A DNA stretch of 64,000 nucleotides, from IMG/VR virus record IMGVR_UViG_3300037189_023236; one strand, given 5' to 3'. Below are positions 23,714 to 33,666 of the stretch, piece by piece. The stretch's first letter is position 1. Each line of letters opens with the position of its first letter. The stretch is from a virus. The translations under genes and the position numbers were made by a program. The notes under the pieces are model-generated. The model did no database searches, was not told the DNA's origin, and saw only the letters and a program-made list of their open reading frames with translations.

Positions 23714-25639
23714 CTACGGCCCAGGCGGTAGCGGGCCTTGTCCGCCGGCTGGCTGGCCATACTGCTGCGCCATAAGCTGCGCGCCGCCTTCAACCTGCGC
23801 TTGTTGTCGGATGTCTTCGATCATGCTGCGCACTAGTGCGTGCATTGTGGGATCTGTCTTCTTCAGTTTGATAAGCTGGCTGTCTTTTACAGACTCAGGC
23901 AGCGACAGTATCTGCTGCGCAAGCAACTGCGCTTGAGCTTGCAAATCCTCTGGTGTGCGCGGCACATTTGGCGTATTTTGTCGCTGCATGATGAACTGAT
24001 CGACGGGATTCGCTGGCGGGCCGGGCGGGGCGGGCGTCATGCCCGGTTGTTGCGGCATCCCTGTCGCCCCCGCGCCCGGAGCGCCTACGCCGCCAACTGC
24101 TGGGCCGGCGGACTGTGAAAGCGCGTCCATCTGCTGCGCCTGTTCCATCTCGCGCTGCATTTTGGTTTGTTCTTCTGCGTAAATCTTTTCTTCTTCGAGA
24201 AGCTGCTTTGTCTCTTCGTCGTAGTCGAGTCCGATAGATTTGAGGCCCGTGGTCTTGCTGATTTGCTGACCCATCATCAGCTGCAGCTTTGCCATCTGCC
24301 GGTTTAGATCGTCTGCGTGCGTTACGCGCATTAGTCGCACAGCTGCCGGCTCCCAAGATTTAACTCTGGCAACAGCAGACGCGACATTCGCCAGAAAACG
24401 GTTTAAATTGTGCGGTAAATGCGCCCAGTTTGCCTCGAACAATCTAAGCGCCGCAGGGGCAGCTTGCATCGTCAAGCTTCCGTTAAACAGCTCAACCGGC
24501 ATACCGATACACTTCAACAATGTGTCAAAGCCCTGATCTAACAGGTCTTTCGGCGCAAGCTGTGATGCATCGCCGCCAAGTGCCTGATAATTGACAGGAA
24601 ACGGTAACACGTTCCAGCGGGCCGGGTCAAGCCTTCGTGCGCGCAGCATTGCCTGTACGCGCCCGGTAAAATTGCTGAGATTAATCGTATGTACGGGATC
24701 GCTTGAAGCTGCGTCGCCGCCGCGTGGCGCCGGCGTGATTACGCGAAACGGAATAACGTAATCCAAGGCAACAGCCTCGTTGTAGCGCATGAGAATCTGC
24801 ACATACCAGGCTTGCCGAAAGTTAGCCAGAATACGAGATATGCCCCAGCCGCGATTACGTAAACCAGCGAGCGCGTCTTCTTTCAGATGAAAAATGACGT
24901 CCTTGTCGAACATCAAATTCTGGTTGTCTTTGACAGCTTGAATTACTTCCCAGCTGGCGCGCTCCAAGTGGTGCAAATGCCCCTGTCGAATTAAGGCGCG
25001 ATACTCTTCAGAAATGCGCCACACATATCTGACTTCGTCGGTATACGGATCCCAAATCAGTTCCATCTCATGCGGATTCCACCGCTTGATTTTGAGATCA
25101 CCGGCGTCACCACTTCGCCGGTCGATATGCGTCCACGGGCCGGCATAATGACATTGCGGACAAGTGGCGTGAAACTCAAATTCTTGCCATTTGAATTTAC
25201 ACGCGGGTTTGTTGAACACTTGCGCTAGCGGCATCTCTAAGCTGCACCGCTTACAAGACAAATAGCGTTTGAACGGCACCAAAACGCTGGTAAAACTATT
25301 GCCATAGGTTAGATAGTCCATGGCGACGGAGTGCAACGCGTTTTTAATGCCTAGCGTGTTCTCAAAAAATTCGACGTACTTGTCTTTTTCTTCCCGGCCG
25401 AGTTTGTTTTTGCCGTCTTCGCTTACGTGGATGTCTGTCAAAAAATACGACACAACACGGTCAACGGCCTGCCGGTACAAGCCGTTGCAGTTCATAATGA
25501 ACTCGCACCAGCGCAGCGCAGCCTGAATCGATTCAGGCATAGAAAGCGACGCAATATCGCAGAACGGGTCCGGAAACCGGTCGTCAGCGGATACGCCAGG
25601 GCCGGAAGTGGCAAAATTATTCGAGCTTAGATAAGCCAC
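23714..25639 (-). CDS. Portal-like protein
   Basis: 641 aa with DYL.YGN.F, IFHLK..L.G...GWG and a Q/P-rich tail, a general large-phage portal pattern. Confidence 0.6.
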   Translation of the reverse strand: MAYLSSNNFATSGPGVSADDRFPDPFCDIASLSMPESIQAALRWCEFIMNCNGLYRQAVDRVVSYFLTDIHVSEDGKNKLGREEKDKYVEFFENTLGIKNALHSVAMDYLTYGNSFTSVLVPFKRYLSCKRCSLEMPLAQVFNKPACKFKWQEFEFHATCPQCHYAGPWTHIDRRSGDAGDLKIKRWNPHEMELIWDPYTDEVRYVWRISEEYRALIRQGHLHHLERASWEVIQAVKDNQNLMFDKDVIFHLKEDALAGLRNRGWGISRILANFRQAWYVQILMRYNEAVALDYVIPFRVITPAPRGGDAASSDPVHTINLSNFTGRVQAMLRARRLDPARWNVLPFPVNYQALGGDASQLAPKDLLDQGFDTLLKCIGMPVELFNGSLTMQAAPAALRLFEANWAHLPHNLNRFLANVASAVARVKSWEPAAVRLMRVTHADDLNRQMAKLQLMMGQQISKTTGLKSIGLDYDEETKQLLEEEKIYAEEQTKMQREMEQAQQMDALSQSAGPAVGGVGAPGAGATGMPQQPGMTPAPPGPPANPVDQFIMQRQNTPNVPRTPEDLQAQAQLLAQQILSLPESVKDSQLIKLKKTDPTMHALVRSMIEDIRQQAQVEGGAQLMAQQYGQPAGGQGPLPPGP

Positions 25640-25654
25640 GATATAGATTCCGGT

Positions 25655-25828
25655 TTACTTGTTTAAAGAATCGGTCGCACGGGTCGCAGCTTGTTTGCGA
25701 AAATCGGCGTCCAGCTCCTCGATTTTATGCCGTTTATTATCCACAATTTGCGGATCGGCGCAATTCGCGGATTTAGTCGGTTCAACCTGGGGTGTTATAT
25801 CCGGGCGAACCACACCCATTTTTTCCAT
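25655..25828 (-). CDS. Small hypothetical protein
   Basis: MEKMGV...; GGAG RBS. Confidence 0.55.
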   Translation of the reverse strand: MEKMGVVRPDITPQVEPTKSANCADPQIVDNKRHKIEELDADFRKQAATRATDSLNK

Positions 25829-25829
25829 G

Positions 25830-26723
25830 TCACAGCTCCGATTCAACGGCTTTTTCAACAAGTAATACACAGAACTCGCGTTCATCATAAACATACTGAA
25901 ATCCGGTTGTATGAACAAGATACAGCCGGCGATCATTATTAATCTGTACCGCCCACGGGCGCTTGTATGGATCATTAGACGGGGGAAACCAGCGTGCGGC
26001 CGCTTGATCAAAGCGCAAGTCGTAAACGAGCACAATAAAGCCGCTTTCAGTCAAATTTTCGTCGTCAAAAGACACGTCCACAACAATATCGTGAAAAAAC
26101 GCGGGAACAGTGCCAATTCCCTCTTTTTCAAAATAAACGAGTTTGTTTGGCGGGCCGGCATTTGCTTTTTGCGAAATAACAGGAACGCGCCCAGTAACTG
26201 TTTGCTGTTTTTTAAGTCCAAACGCCGCCATTGGACTATACGTACGATCGATTGTCTCAATCGGCGCGTAATCTGTTTCTGGTATATCCTGCGGATGTTC
26301 AAGCGCGACCGCAGCTTTTGGCTTGGCGGGCGGGACGGGAGGCGGCACAGCAGTTGTTTTTTGTACGCCAGAATTAGCAATTTTTGCCAGCTCTTCAAAT
26401 GCCATAGCGGTCCTTTCTCTGACAGATACGATGTCGCTGCCTTGTACTTTACTTGCTGCGGCGGCTAAAGCTTGCGCTACTGAGCTCTTAGTAAACTGCG
26501 CCAACGTTAAGCATCGGCCGCCGGCGATATCGGGTTCTACGTTAATTACGATATGCTGCGTATCGTGCGGGTTAAAGTTTGACGGACGACCATCAACGCC
26601 GGCGGCGGACACTATTGCGCCTTTAAGTCCGCGCATACCGCGGACACCAACCGCGTCAGCCACCGATAACCCACTTAATAACTTTTCTTGTGCTGGGTCT
26701 TTGTATCCTGTTGGCGTTGCCAT
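25830..26723 (-). CDS. Hypothetical protein
   Basis: Long ORF; GGAG RBS before ATG 26723. Confidence 0.7.
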   Translation of the reverse strand: MATPTGYKDPAQEKLLSGLSVADAVGVRGMRGLKGAIVSAAGVDGRPSNFNPHDTQHIVINVEPDIAGGRCLTLAQFTKSSVAQALAAAASKVQGSDIVSVRERTAMAFEELAKIANSGVQKTTAVPPPVPPAKPKAAVALEHPQDIPETDYAPIETIDRTYSPMAAFGLKKQQTVTGRVPVISQKANAGPPNKLVYFEKEGIGTVPAFFHDIVVDVSFDDENLTESGFIVLVYDLRFDQAAARWFPPSNDPYKRPWAVQINNDRRLYLVHTTGFQYVYDEREFCVLLVEKAVESEL

Positions 26724-26730
26724 AAAAGCT

Positions 26731-26772
26731 CCGATAGCTAAAAAAAGGGGGGCCGGCTTACGCCGGCTCCCC
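26731..26772 (-). terminator. Tailed terminator (T8)
   Basis: GCCGGC-GTAA-GCCGGC stem followed by TTTTTTTAGCTATCGG. Confidence 0.8.
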
Positions 26773-27045
26773 AAAAGATTTCCTGGACAGCTGCGGGCAG
26801 ACCAGGAAGAGACTATCCTTTTTTACGTGGAAGAACAACCTGCCGTATGGGAAGCCCTTGCCGCAAACTGCGAACAATTGTTCTTTACTTGTCAGCACTT
26901 CGGCATAACAAGTCCCATTCAGCAGATACGCCACAACCAACCCAATCTCGACGTCGTCGGGAAATACCGGGATAACGCTTGGCGCGGCATCCTGTTTAAG
27001 GAGCCATGCCAATAGTTTCCCATCGGGTTGGAGAAAGTGTCTCAT
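26758..27045 (-). CDS. Hypothetical protein
   Basis: Last gene of the P7-T8 unit. Confidence 0.6.
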   Translation of the reverse strand: MRHFLQPDGKLLAWLLKQDAAPSVIPVFPDDVEIGLVVAYLLNGTCYAEVLTSKEQLFAVCGKGFPYGRLFFHVKKDSLFLVCPQLSRKSFGEPA

Positions 27046-27049
27046 ACAA

Positions 27050-28309
27050 CTACTCGCAGGCCAGCTCCACGGTCTGAGCGGGCGCTACCACATCGAACAC
27101 CGCGGGAAAGAAACCGCCCGTCGCGTAGGACGGAAGCACTCGAAGGTCGTCTGCACGGACGATTTGGATCTTCGAATACGCATGAACCACGAGCGGTTCA
27201 TACGGCTTCTTTGCCGCATCCACAAGCTCGTCGTCGGTGACGTGCTTGTGAACGGCCTTACCTGCCGGAATTGCCGCACGCATGGCGCGGATAATCACCG
27301 AGGTAGGCAGCCGATCAACCGGCACACCAAAACTCAGCGGCTTGGTCGGATCTGACAACCCGTCGATCAAGTCCGAGTCAGTGGCCATCTCTGGCAGCGG
27401 GAGCGACTCCCGCATTTTGGCGAGCAGCTGCTCGACAACAGCCTCGTCGGCAGTCATCGCCCAGTCGTCGGCCAGCCCCGCAGCCTTCAAGACATAACGC
27501 GCGGGATTCCTCGCGAGGAAGATTTTCCTCGCGGGGTTGATCTCGTGCGATCCGAGAAGGTTCTCGTAGTTCTCATAGGCCCGCTGCTGTCGGAACCCGG
27601 CAGCAATTTCGGCGTCCTTGAGAACCTCAGCGTCTCCGAATAGTTCGCCGAGTGAAATTACTTCAGCCGCTTCGCGCTTCTTCTGCGCGTAAACCGGCCT
27701 GAGCTCCGGCGGATTAATCGACTCGACCAAGCCCGCAAGCTTGGCTTCGTCGATTCTCACGGCATCGAGCATAATCAACAGCTGCGGAAGCGCGGGCGTC
27801 TGCAGCGTGTCGGTCGACTGCTCGACCGTGTTGATGAGTTCCTGCAGAAGGTTGTTGCCCGCGGTGAGCAACACATGATTCTCAGGACCATCAAGCCTCG
27901 GGAACTCGGCGCCGCGAGTCGGGGGCAGACCGAAGTCATACCACCGCTTTACGGCGTAATTTAATTTACCATTCACCGGATGGCTTTCCACCTCGGAAAT
28001 GATCAAACGATCGTGCCGCACAACGTGCAACAGCACGAACGTAGGCCGGCCACGGAACTTTGGAAGTTCCTTGTGAACCGGCCGGAACATGAAGGGGTCA
28101 TGAGCACTCCCTTGCCCCGGCAGGATTTCCATCGCAATACGACCAACTAGGCGATGCGCAATCTCGTCGTACTGGGCCATGAGATCGCGGTGTCGCTTGA
28201 GCTGCCGCGCCGTCCGCTCGTCCATCGGCGGATGCGCAGAATTTTCCGGGTTATTTTTCTTGCCCGGCTTGCGATAAGAACGAACCTGCTTTTGATTGAC
28301 CTGGGTCAT
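27050..28309 (-). CDS. Hypothetical protein
   Basis: 419 aa ORF with GGAG RBS. Confidence 0.75.
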   Translation of the reverse strand: MTQVNQKQVRSYRKPGKKNNPENSAHPPMDERTARQLKRHRDLMAQYDEIAHRLVGRIAMEILPGQGSAHDPFMFRPVHKELPKFRGRPTFVLLHVVRHDRLIISEVESHPVNGKLNYAVKRWYDFGLPPTRGAEFPRLDGPENHVLLTAGNNLLQELINTVEQSTDTLQTPALPQLLIMLDAVRIDEAKLAGLVESINPPELRPVYAQKKREAAEVISLGELFGDAEVLKDAEIAAGFRQQRAYENYENLLGSHEINPARKIFLARNPARYVLKAAGLADDWAMTADEAVVEQLLAKMRESLPLPEMATDSDLIDGLSDPTKPLSFGVPVDRLPTSVIIRAMRAAIPAGKAVHKHVTDDELVDAAKKPYEPLVVHAYSKIQIVRADDLRVLPSYATGGFFPAVFDVVAPAQTVELACE

Positions 28310-28328
28310 TCAGCTACTCCATTCTTTA

Positions 28329-28622
28329 CTAAGTATTACAGTACTTGCAATACTGCCCCCAATTCCGAAGCACGTGTTCCCGCGTGCCTAGTTTTTTGGG
28401 GACAAACACTTCACGCGTGTTATCCAACCACGCGCGTTCCGATACAAACTCAACGTTTCCATCGTAATCACGCCAACGAATTTGGCTGCCTACCTTCCGC
28501 TGAGCTTTGACAGGGCGGCCGTTATAAACAACCGCTCTGAACGTATCGTAAACTTTGTTCAACTCATTCAACCTCCAGTGGAGAAACTCCGTATTTGTTG
28601 CTTGATCAGAAAGAGATACCAC
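28329..28622 (-). CDS. Hypothetical protein
   Basis: First ORF after P7; start uncertain. Confidence 0.5.
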   Translation of the reverse strand: MVSLSDQATNTEFLHWRLNELNKVYDTFRAVVYNGRPVKAQRKVGSQIRWRDYDGNVEFVSERAWLDNTREVFVPKKLGTREHVLRNWGQYCKYCNT

Positions 28623-28627
28623 AACAA

Positions 28628-28655
28628 ATATGCCAGCATTTTGACAAAAATTTAG
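28628..28655 (-). promoter_or_regulatory. Promoter-like box (P7)
   Basis: CTAAAT-N15-GGCATAT. Confidence 0.75.
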
Positions 28656-29077
28656 CTGTCTGGATCTGGCAGAATATCGTCGAACACACCCATCCCCGCG
28701 TCTTCTTTGTCGTCAAAAAACTCGTCATTGCCGCCGGCCTTGTTTTGTTTTGGAACAGACAGCGGTGGCGGATCAGATAGATGAATGAAATCCGCGCCGA
28801 GGTATCCCGTATCGTCGGGCTCGAGCTCTGTGGTGTTTGAGTCAAATAGCGGTTTAGCGCCCCACGGCGTTAATAAATGCCGGAATGGCGGCCGAGATAC
28901 CTTGAGCTGCACGCCGGCAAAATTGAACACGCTGACGTCTTTATCCACCAACGACTTTAGCCGATTTGCCAGCGCATCTGGCGTATCAAACTGCTCCACT
29001 TTGTATTCGCCATCTGGGTACAAAATGGCGGCGTAAAACTTAATTTCTTTCAGCTGTTTGTCTGGCTTGTCACTCAT
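28652..29077 (-). CDS. Hypothetical protein with acidic tail
   Basis: ATGA overlap with the upstream gene. Confidence 0.7.
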   Translation of the reverse strand: MSDKPDKQLKEIKFYAAILYPDGEYKVEQFDTPDALANRLKSLVDKDVSVFNFAGVQLKVSRPPFRHLLTPWGAKPLFDSNTTELEPDDTGYLGADFIHLSDPPPLSVPKQNKAGGNDEFFDDKEDAGMGVFDDILPDPDS

Positions 29078-29697
29078 GTGTCACCCCTGAGTCGTTTTAA
29101 ATCATGCTCAGTAACCGGACTTATTTTGAAACCTGGTATATGTTCAGCTGCAGGCACTGTTGTGACGTATGGTGGATTATGTCCGGCCGGCGCTAGATAC
29201 GTTATTCGTTCGCGTATGAGCACGCCAAATACGTGTAACGGAATTTGCGCGCCAGAACCAATCAGCGAAGCAGTAGGATCGGGCATAGTTAGCTCATATG
29301 TTACAGCGCTGGCGTAGAAGTCGTCGCCGTGAATGCCTATGCCGCCTATAAAATTGAAGCAACTTTCCGCTATGGCGATAGGCGCGGCGTACAACCGCCG
29401 ATCCCAATCAATTTGTTTGCCGTCAAGTACAGAAACGCCAAGACCGGAAAAAAATGGATGGTGCGCCGGAGACAACTCTACGCAAAACGGCTGACTGTCT
29501 GCGCCGACATTAAATCGCGCGATAAACTCTTGAGCTGGATCAAACGGCATGCGGCCGGCAGTAACTAAAAGCGCCGGTGTAAAGCAAACAACTTCACCGC
29601 GGCGCTCGCGCATTGCTTCTAAACACGACAACCGCCTAACGGGCGCATGCTCAGTAACTGCGTCTGCCTGCGCTAAAAATTTCGCGTGCTCGGTCAT
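29074..29697 (-). CDS. Hypothetical protein
   Basis: ORF tiles with its neighbours. Confidence 0.7.
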   Translation of the reverse strand: MTEHAKFLAQADAVTEHAPVRRLSCLEAMRERRGEVVCFTPALLVTAGRMPFDPAQEFIARFNVGADSQPFCVELSPAHHPFFSGLGVSVLDGKQIDWDRRLYAAPIAIAESCFNFIGGIGIHGDDFYASAVTYELTMPDPTASLIGSGAQIPLHVFGVLIRERITYLAPAGHNPPYVTTVPAAEHIPGFKISPVTEHDLKRLRGDT

Positions 29698-29700
29698 CGG

Positions 29701-30339
29701 TTATTTTGGCGGCGTGCCGATGCCGACTTTAACCTGCTGCAAAAGCATCAACAGCACAAACGCCGCGTCGACAACGTTGTCGATTCCCTCGGCTTTGTAT
29801 TTTGCCGGGTCAAATGCCGTGTTGAAATTCTTGTTGGCGGCAGCAATCATGTCTTCTTTGTTCGCGCGACCGTTGCCGGTAGCAAACTTTTTGATTGTCG
29901 TAACGCCAAATCCCATAGACGGCAAATTCCGCTCTTGCGCCCAAGTAGCGACAGTAACTTTCATACCGCCCAGCACTTCCGATGCTGTAGCAACTCGGGC
30001 AAGAATGGCAGGAATACCGAATTTCTTATTGACAAAGAACTCACGAGGCGGCGTGTATTTCACATCTTCATAGGCTATTGCGTCAGGGGCTACAACGTTT
30101 AAAAAGCCGCGCAAACGCACAAAACGCGCGGCGCCTGAATCGAGCCCGGTGCAAGACAGATCCCATTGAAACAATTGCAATTTTTCACGAAGAAGTTTGC
30201 CGCCAGGCGTAAAGTCATAAATAGCTACGCCGCAATTGCTGCCAAGATCCAGGCCGAGGCAGCGCACACAATCGCTATCGAGCTTCGGAAGTTTTGCCGC
30301 GAACACTTCCGGATCGCGGTACATTCTGTATTTTGGCAT
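29701..30339 (-). CDS. ruvC: RuvC-like Holliday junction resolvase
   Basis: LGLDLG, IAYE, IKKFATGNGRANKEDM and DNVVDA motifs. Confidence 0.85.
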   Translation of the reverse strand: MPKYRMYRDPEVFAAKLPKLDSDCVRCLGLDLGSNCGVAIYDFTPGGKLLREKLQLFQWDLSCTGLDSGAARFVRLRGFLNVVAPDAIAYEDVKYTPPREFFVNKKFGIPAILARVATASEVLGGMKVTVATWAQERNLPSMGFGVTTIKKFATGNGRANKEDMIAAANKNFNTAFDPAKYKAEGIDNVVDAAFVLLMLLQQVKVGIGTPPK

Positions 30340-30340
30340 G

Positions 30341-31006
30341 CTACTTCCGCGTTAGTGACAATACACTGAGTACGATATCGAGAATGCTCTTCGTGTTTTT
30401 TGCCAGCTCAGGGACGGTTGGCTGCATTTTTTTCTGCGCCTCTGCAAGTTTTTCCTGCAAAACCTGATACTCAGCATACAGCGTGCGCATGCGCGACTGC
30501 AGCACGTCGTTTTTGAGTTGCAAATTAGCAATCGTCAGCTGTTTGGCTTCCGGCGTCGATTTGTAGCCGAAAAAACCCTGTACAGTTGCTGTAAAGTCTG
30601 CCATGCCAGGAGCTGCGGGAGATTCCTCGTTTACACGCGATACTTCGCGTACGGCTGTAAACCAAGCCGCGCAGAACGCTTGCCCGATAGCAGCAAAAAG
30701 AAACTGCCGGACCGGATAGCGTATATCCGTAAAGTCGCGGCGATTTAATGCCTGCTCAAAAGACGTTACAGGGTCAGAGGCGTTTACAAAATCGCGTTGC
30801 GCGCGGGCTAAAGCTTCAGCAGCTAGGCCTATCTCGTCATCTGTTATACCGGTTTCAAGTTTCCACGCCTGTACTTCCTCCGACGTGTTTTTTGATTCCA
30901 TGCTCGCAATGGCCGCAGCCATAAGCGTGGGCGTAACATAAGCGTAGTCTCTGGCCGGATGATAAACCGGGCCCGATTCGCCTTTTGGTCGGTAACCAAT
31001 AGACAT
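30341..31006 (-). CDS. Hypothetical protein with coiled coil
   Basis: AAGGAG RBS. Confidence 0.7.
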   Translation of the reverse strand: MSIGYRPKGESGPVYHPARDYAYVTPTLMAAAIASMESKNTSEEVQAWKLETGITDDEIGLAAEALARAQRDFVNASDPVTSFEQALNRRDFTDIRYPVRQFLFAAIGQAFCAAWFTAVREVSRVNEESPAAPGMADFTATVQGFFGYKSTPEAKQLTIANLQLKNDVLQSRMRTLYAEYQVLQEKLAEAQKKMQPTVPELAKNTKSILDIVLSVLSLTRK

Positions 31007-31066
31007 AACACACTCCTTGCGTTGAGAAAACATACCAGATCAATACGGCGTGTCAACCGAATATCG

Positions 31067-31104
31067 CTGATAGCTAAAAAAAAAGCCGGGATTAAATTCC
31101 GGCT
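31067..31104 (-). terminator. Tailed terminator (T9)
   Basis: AGCCGG...CCGGCT stem followed by TTTTTTTTAGCTATCAG. Confidence 0.75.
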
Positions 31105-31928
31105 GTATTGCGCTGTAATTTACGCTGCCAACACGTAAGACACAACTCATCAGATCTCGTTAGATCAAAATGAGAATTAAGATTACAGCCTGGACACAAC
31201 CGCAGCTCGAGTTCTTTTGCGTGAATAGCCGCAGCACAAGTATCGTAGCCAACAACGCAATTTAGACACTCGTGCTGAAAACCGCGCGGGCAGGGCGAAA
31301 TACGTGTTCTGATCTCTAGTATTTTGCGATTGCTTGTCTGCATAGATGGCGGGCAAGCTACTTCTTGAAAAAATAACCCAGCACCACTTCTAGCCGCGTT
31401 CAGATGCGCCCAAAACTTTAAGCCAGTGAAATATGCGCTACTGGTATACGGCATATTGCGCGAAAACCCGACAATGTGCGAGATACCCGCACAACTCGCC
31501 TTAGACATAAAATGCGAAAACAAAGTTGGGCACGGCGAGCCCGCAAGCACGCGCAACTGAAATAAAAACCCCGGCTTACTGCGCCGAAACGCCGGATCAA
31601 CGCGCGTAACAAGCACGGGAACCCACTCGTCCTCCGACTGCCGAGTCCAGGGCAGCACAGGCCTGCCTGTAATTAGCGTGTCGATATTGCCGGCCAAACG
31701 CCATGCAAACTCTGCTGCAATTTTTCGCGTTAGTTCTTCGCCGGCTATTGCGCGGCTAGACTCGAATACGGCGTCGTGCGATACGTAATTAGGCAGAACG
31801 CGATACACGTCTGCTACAAGGTCGTGCAGCGTGTTTCCTGATATCGTCAAGCCCACGTATGGGCGTATTGCTTGAAATAGTTTATCGCGCTGCTTGAATA
31901 CCCGAGAAAGACTAAACCGTTTTTTCAT
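31092..31928 (-). CDS. Hypothetical protein with C-terminal Cys-rich zinc fingers
   Basis: CP...CxxC...C...H...CxxC...CxxC. Confidence 0.7.
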   Translation of the reverse strand: MKKRFSLSRVFKQRDKLFQAIRPYVGLTISGNTLHDLVADVYRVLPNYVSHDAVFESSRAIAGEELTRKIAAEFAWRLAGNIDTLITGRPVLPWTRQSEDEWVPVLVTRVDPAFRRSKPGFLFQLRVLAGSPCPTLFSHFMSKASCAGISHIVGFSRNMPYTSSAYFTGLKFWAHLNAARSGAGLFFQEVACPPSMQTSNRKILEIRTRISPCPRGFQHECLNCVVGYDTCAAAIHAKELELRLCPGCNLNSHFDLTRSDELCLTCWQRKLQRNTAGI

Positions 31929-32496
31929 CAGTCTTGTTAGTTAGTGAAATGCTCGACGCAGTTCTCGCGGTAACGGCTTGCTTAACCGCAACCTGCATAT
32001 TTGATGTAACATGCCCCAGCACAAACAACGTTTGATGCATTTTGTCGATGATGGCGCGTAAACCGGTACCGATTGCCACAGAAACTTCGGCGATTGACGT
32101 TGCGCCGGGAATTTCTGCCGTATTTGGTTTGCCGTCCACACTAAAGTCAATCGTGATTTTTGAAATCTTGACAGATTCAGGCAGAGGTGCCGTTTGCGGA
32201 AGCCCGTTGAGCGGCATTGCCAGTTCTCGCAGGGCTAAATACTGCGCGTACAACTTGTAGAAGTCAGCACTATTATCCCTAATCGCGATAGCTGGGTCTT
32301 CGATTGAGATCTGCGTCTGCCCGGGGTCATTTGCGGCAGATTTGACGCCGATACCAACACCGGCAGCCGCAGCAGTCAACGCCGGCATAGACAACTTGGC
32401 GGTCGTCGTTACCGTTGTAGTGTTGCTGCTGGTTTTGCACGACGCATTGTCGCACGCTTCAGGATTGCACTTTTCTTTTTTGCATTTTTTTGCCAT
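31912..32496 (-). CDS. Hypothetical protein
   Basis: ORF tiles with its neighbours. Confidence 0.65.
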   Translation of the reverse strand: MAKKCKKEKCNPEACDNASCKTSSNTTTVTTTAKLSMPALTAAAAGVGIGVKSAANDPGQTQISIEDPAIAIRDNSADFYKLYAQYLALRELAMPLNGLPQTAPLPESVKISKITIDFSVDGKPNTAEIPGATSIAEVSVAIGTGLRAIIDKMHQTLFVLGHVTSNMQVAVKQAVTARTASSISLTNKTDEKTV

Positions 32497-32509
32497 GTGG
32501 CTACCTACT

Positions 32510-32905
32510 TTAATCAAAAGCTATTGCGAACCCGAACCAGTACCGCATAGCTATCACGGCACCAGCAGAATTACTTACGAGCTCAACAGGGTTACCTGTC
32601 ACAATATGCAAACATTCTGGCGCAGACGCAAGTTGCGTGGCGCATGATAATCCAAGTCTAAACGCTATTGCTAATGCGGTGTCGCCTTGTGCCGGCAAGT
32701 CATACTTAAAAAGCGGAATACGCACATACTCGTCCGACGCGGCAGACGCCCACGTTAATGCCGCGTTTTCCAAAATTGGCGCGTCTAAAACTAGCCATTT
32801 GCGCGTATCGTCTTTTCTTGGAAAAACGAAAGCCGGCTGAAACGCTTCTTCAGGCCAGGCTGCGCGCGTTTTAACTAGATCAACGCGGGTAGTTTTTACG
32901 ACCAT
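32510..32905 (-). CDS. Hypothetical protein
   Basis: GAGG RBS. Confidence 0.65.
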   Translation of the reverse strand: MVVKTTRVDLVKTRAAWPEEAFQPAFVFPRKDDTRKWLVLDAPILENAALTWASAASDEYVRIPLFKYDLPAQGDTALAIAFRLGLSCATQLASAPECLHIVTGNPVELVSNSAGAVIAMRYWFGFAIAFD

Positions 32906-32907
32906 AT

Positions 32908-33639
32908 TTAACCTCGTGCTACATAGTCGTAACCGATTGGCGATTCCGCGCGACCGCGGCGTGTAGACTGAGATTCAACACCAAATTCATTAGCGTTGAT
33001 CCAAAGGTTGTCTCGAAAATGCCCAAGCGGTAAATCATGTTGCCGCAGCAGCTCGCCTAGCATGACGTCGCCGCCTCTGTGTTTAAACTGCGGCGGCGGC
33101 CAGTCAAACCGCGTCAGCACATCCGCGCGAATCGTCCACCAACCGCCAGCGGCAAACTGTATGTATTGCTGCGGCTCTTTGCCGTTATACCACGCTTGCG
33201 CTTTTATCCAGTCGGGCTGATTGCCTATGTACCTAGTTTTATGCACAGACCCCAACATGGCGTACGCATGCATTTGCCGCTGAATGCGCGAAAGCCACGC
33301 GTTTAAATCAGTAGAGGGGATTATGCAAGAATCATCGTCAAACCACATAAGATAAGACGATGTTAAAGTGCGGTCATACAATAACCGCCGCATCATCGGG
33401 TACTTGTGTATGTTTTCGGGGCAGTCGACGACTAGCGCACCAGGAAAGCTATCGTGCACGGCTTGATGCACGAACGTTCTCGTCTGCTCGCTAACTGCGT
33501 TTAATCCAAACCGAAAATCTATACCCGCGGCCCCCAAACCACACAGCGGTGTATTTATCACGCGCTGCGCCATACGGAAACAATAGTCGTCTGTTCCGTA
33601 CAGTAAAACACAAACACAAAACTGCGAATTTGACAACAT
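32908..33639 (-). CDS. GT2-like glycosyltransferase
   Basis: YLMWFDDD (DxD), FAAGGWW and GGD..LG motifs. Confidence 0.65.
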   Translation of the reverse strand: MLSNSQFCVCVLLYGTDDYCFRMAQRVINTPLCGLGAAGIDFRFGLNAVSEQTRTFVHQAVHDSFPGALVVDCPENIHKYPMMRRLLYDRTLTSSYLMWFDDDSCIIPSTDLNAWLSRIQRQMHAYAMLGSVHKTRYIGNQPDWIKAQAWYNGKEPQQYIQFAAGGWWTIRADVLTRFDWPPPQFKHRGGDVMLGELLRQHDLPLGHFRDNLWINANEFGVESQSTRRGRAESPIGYDYVARG

Positions 33640-33666
33640 TTAACGCATCCGTGCATTAAACGCAGC

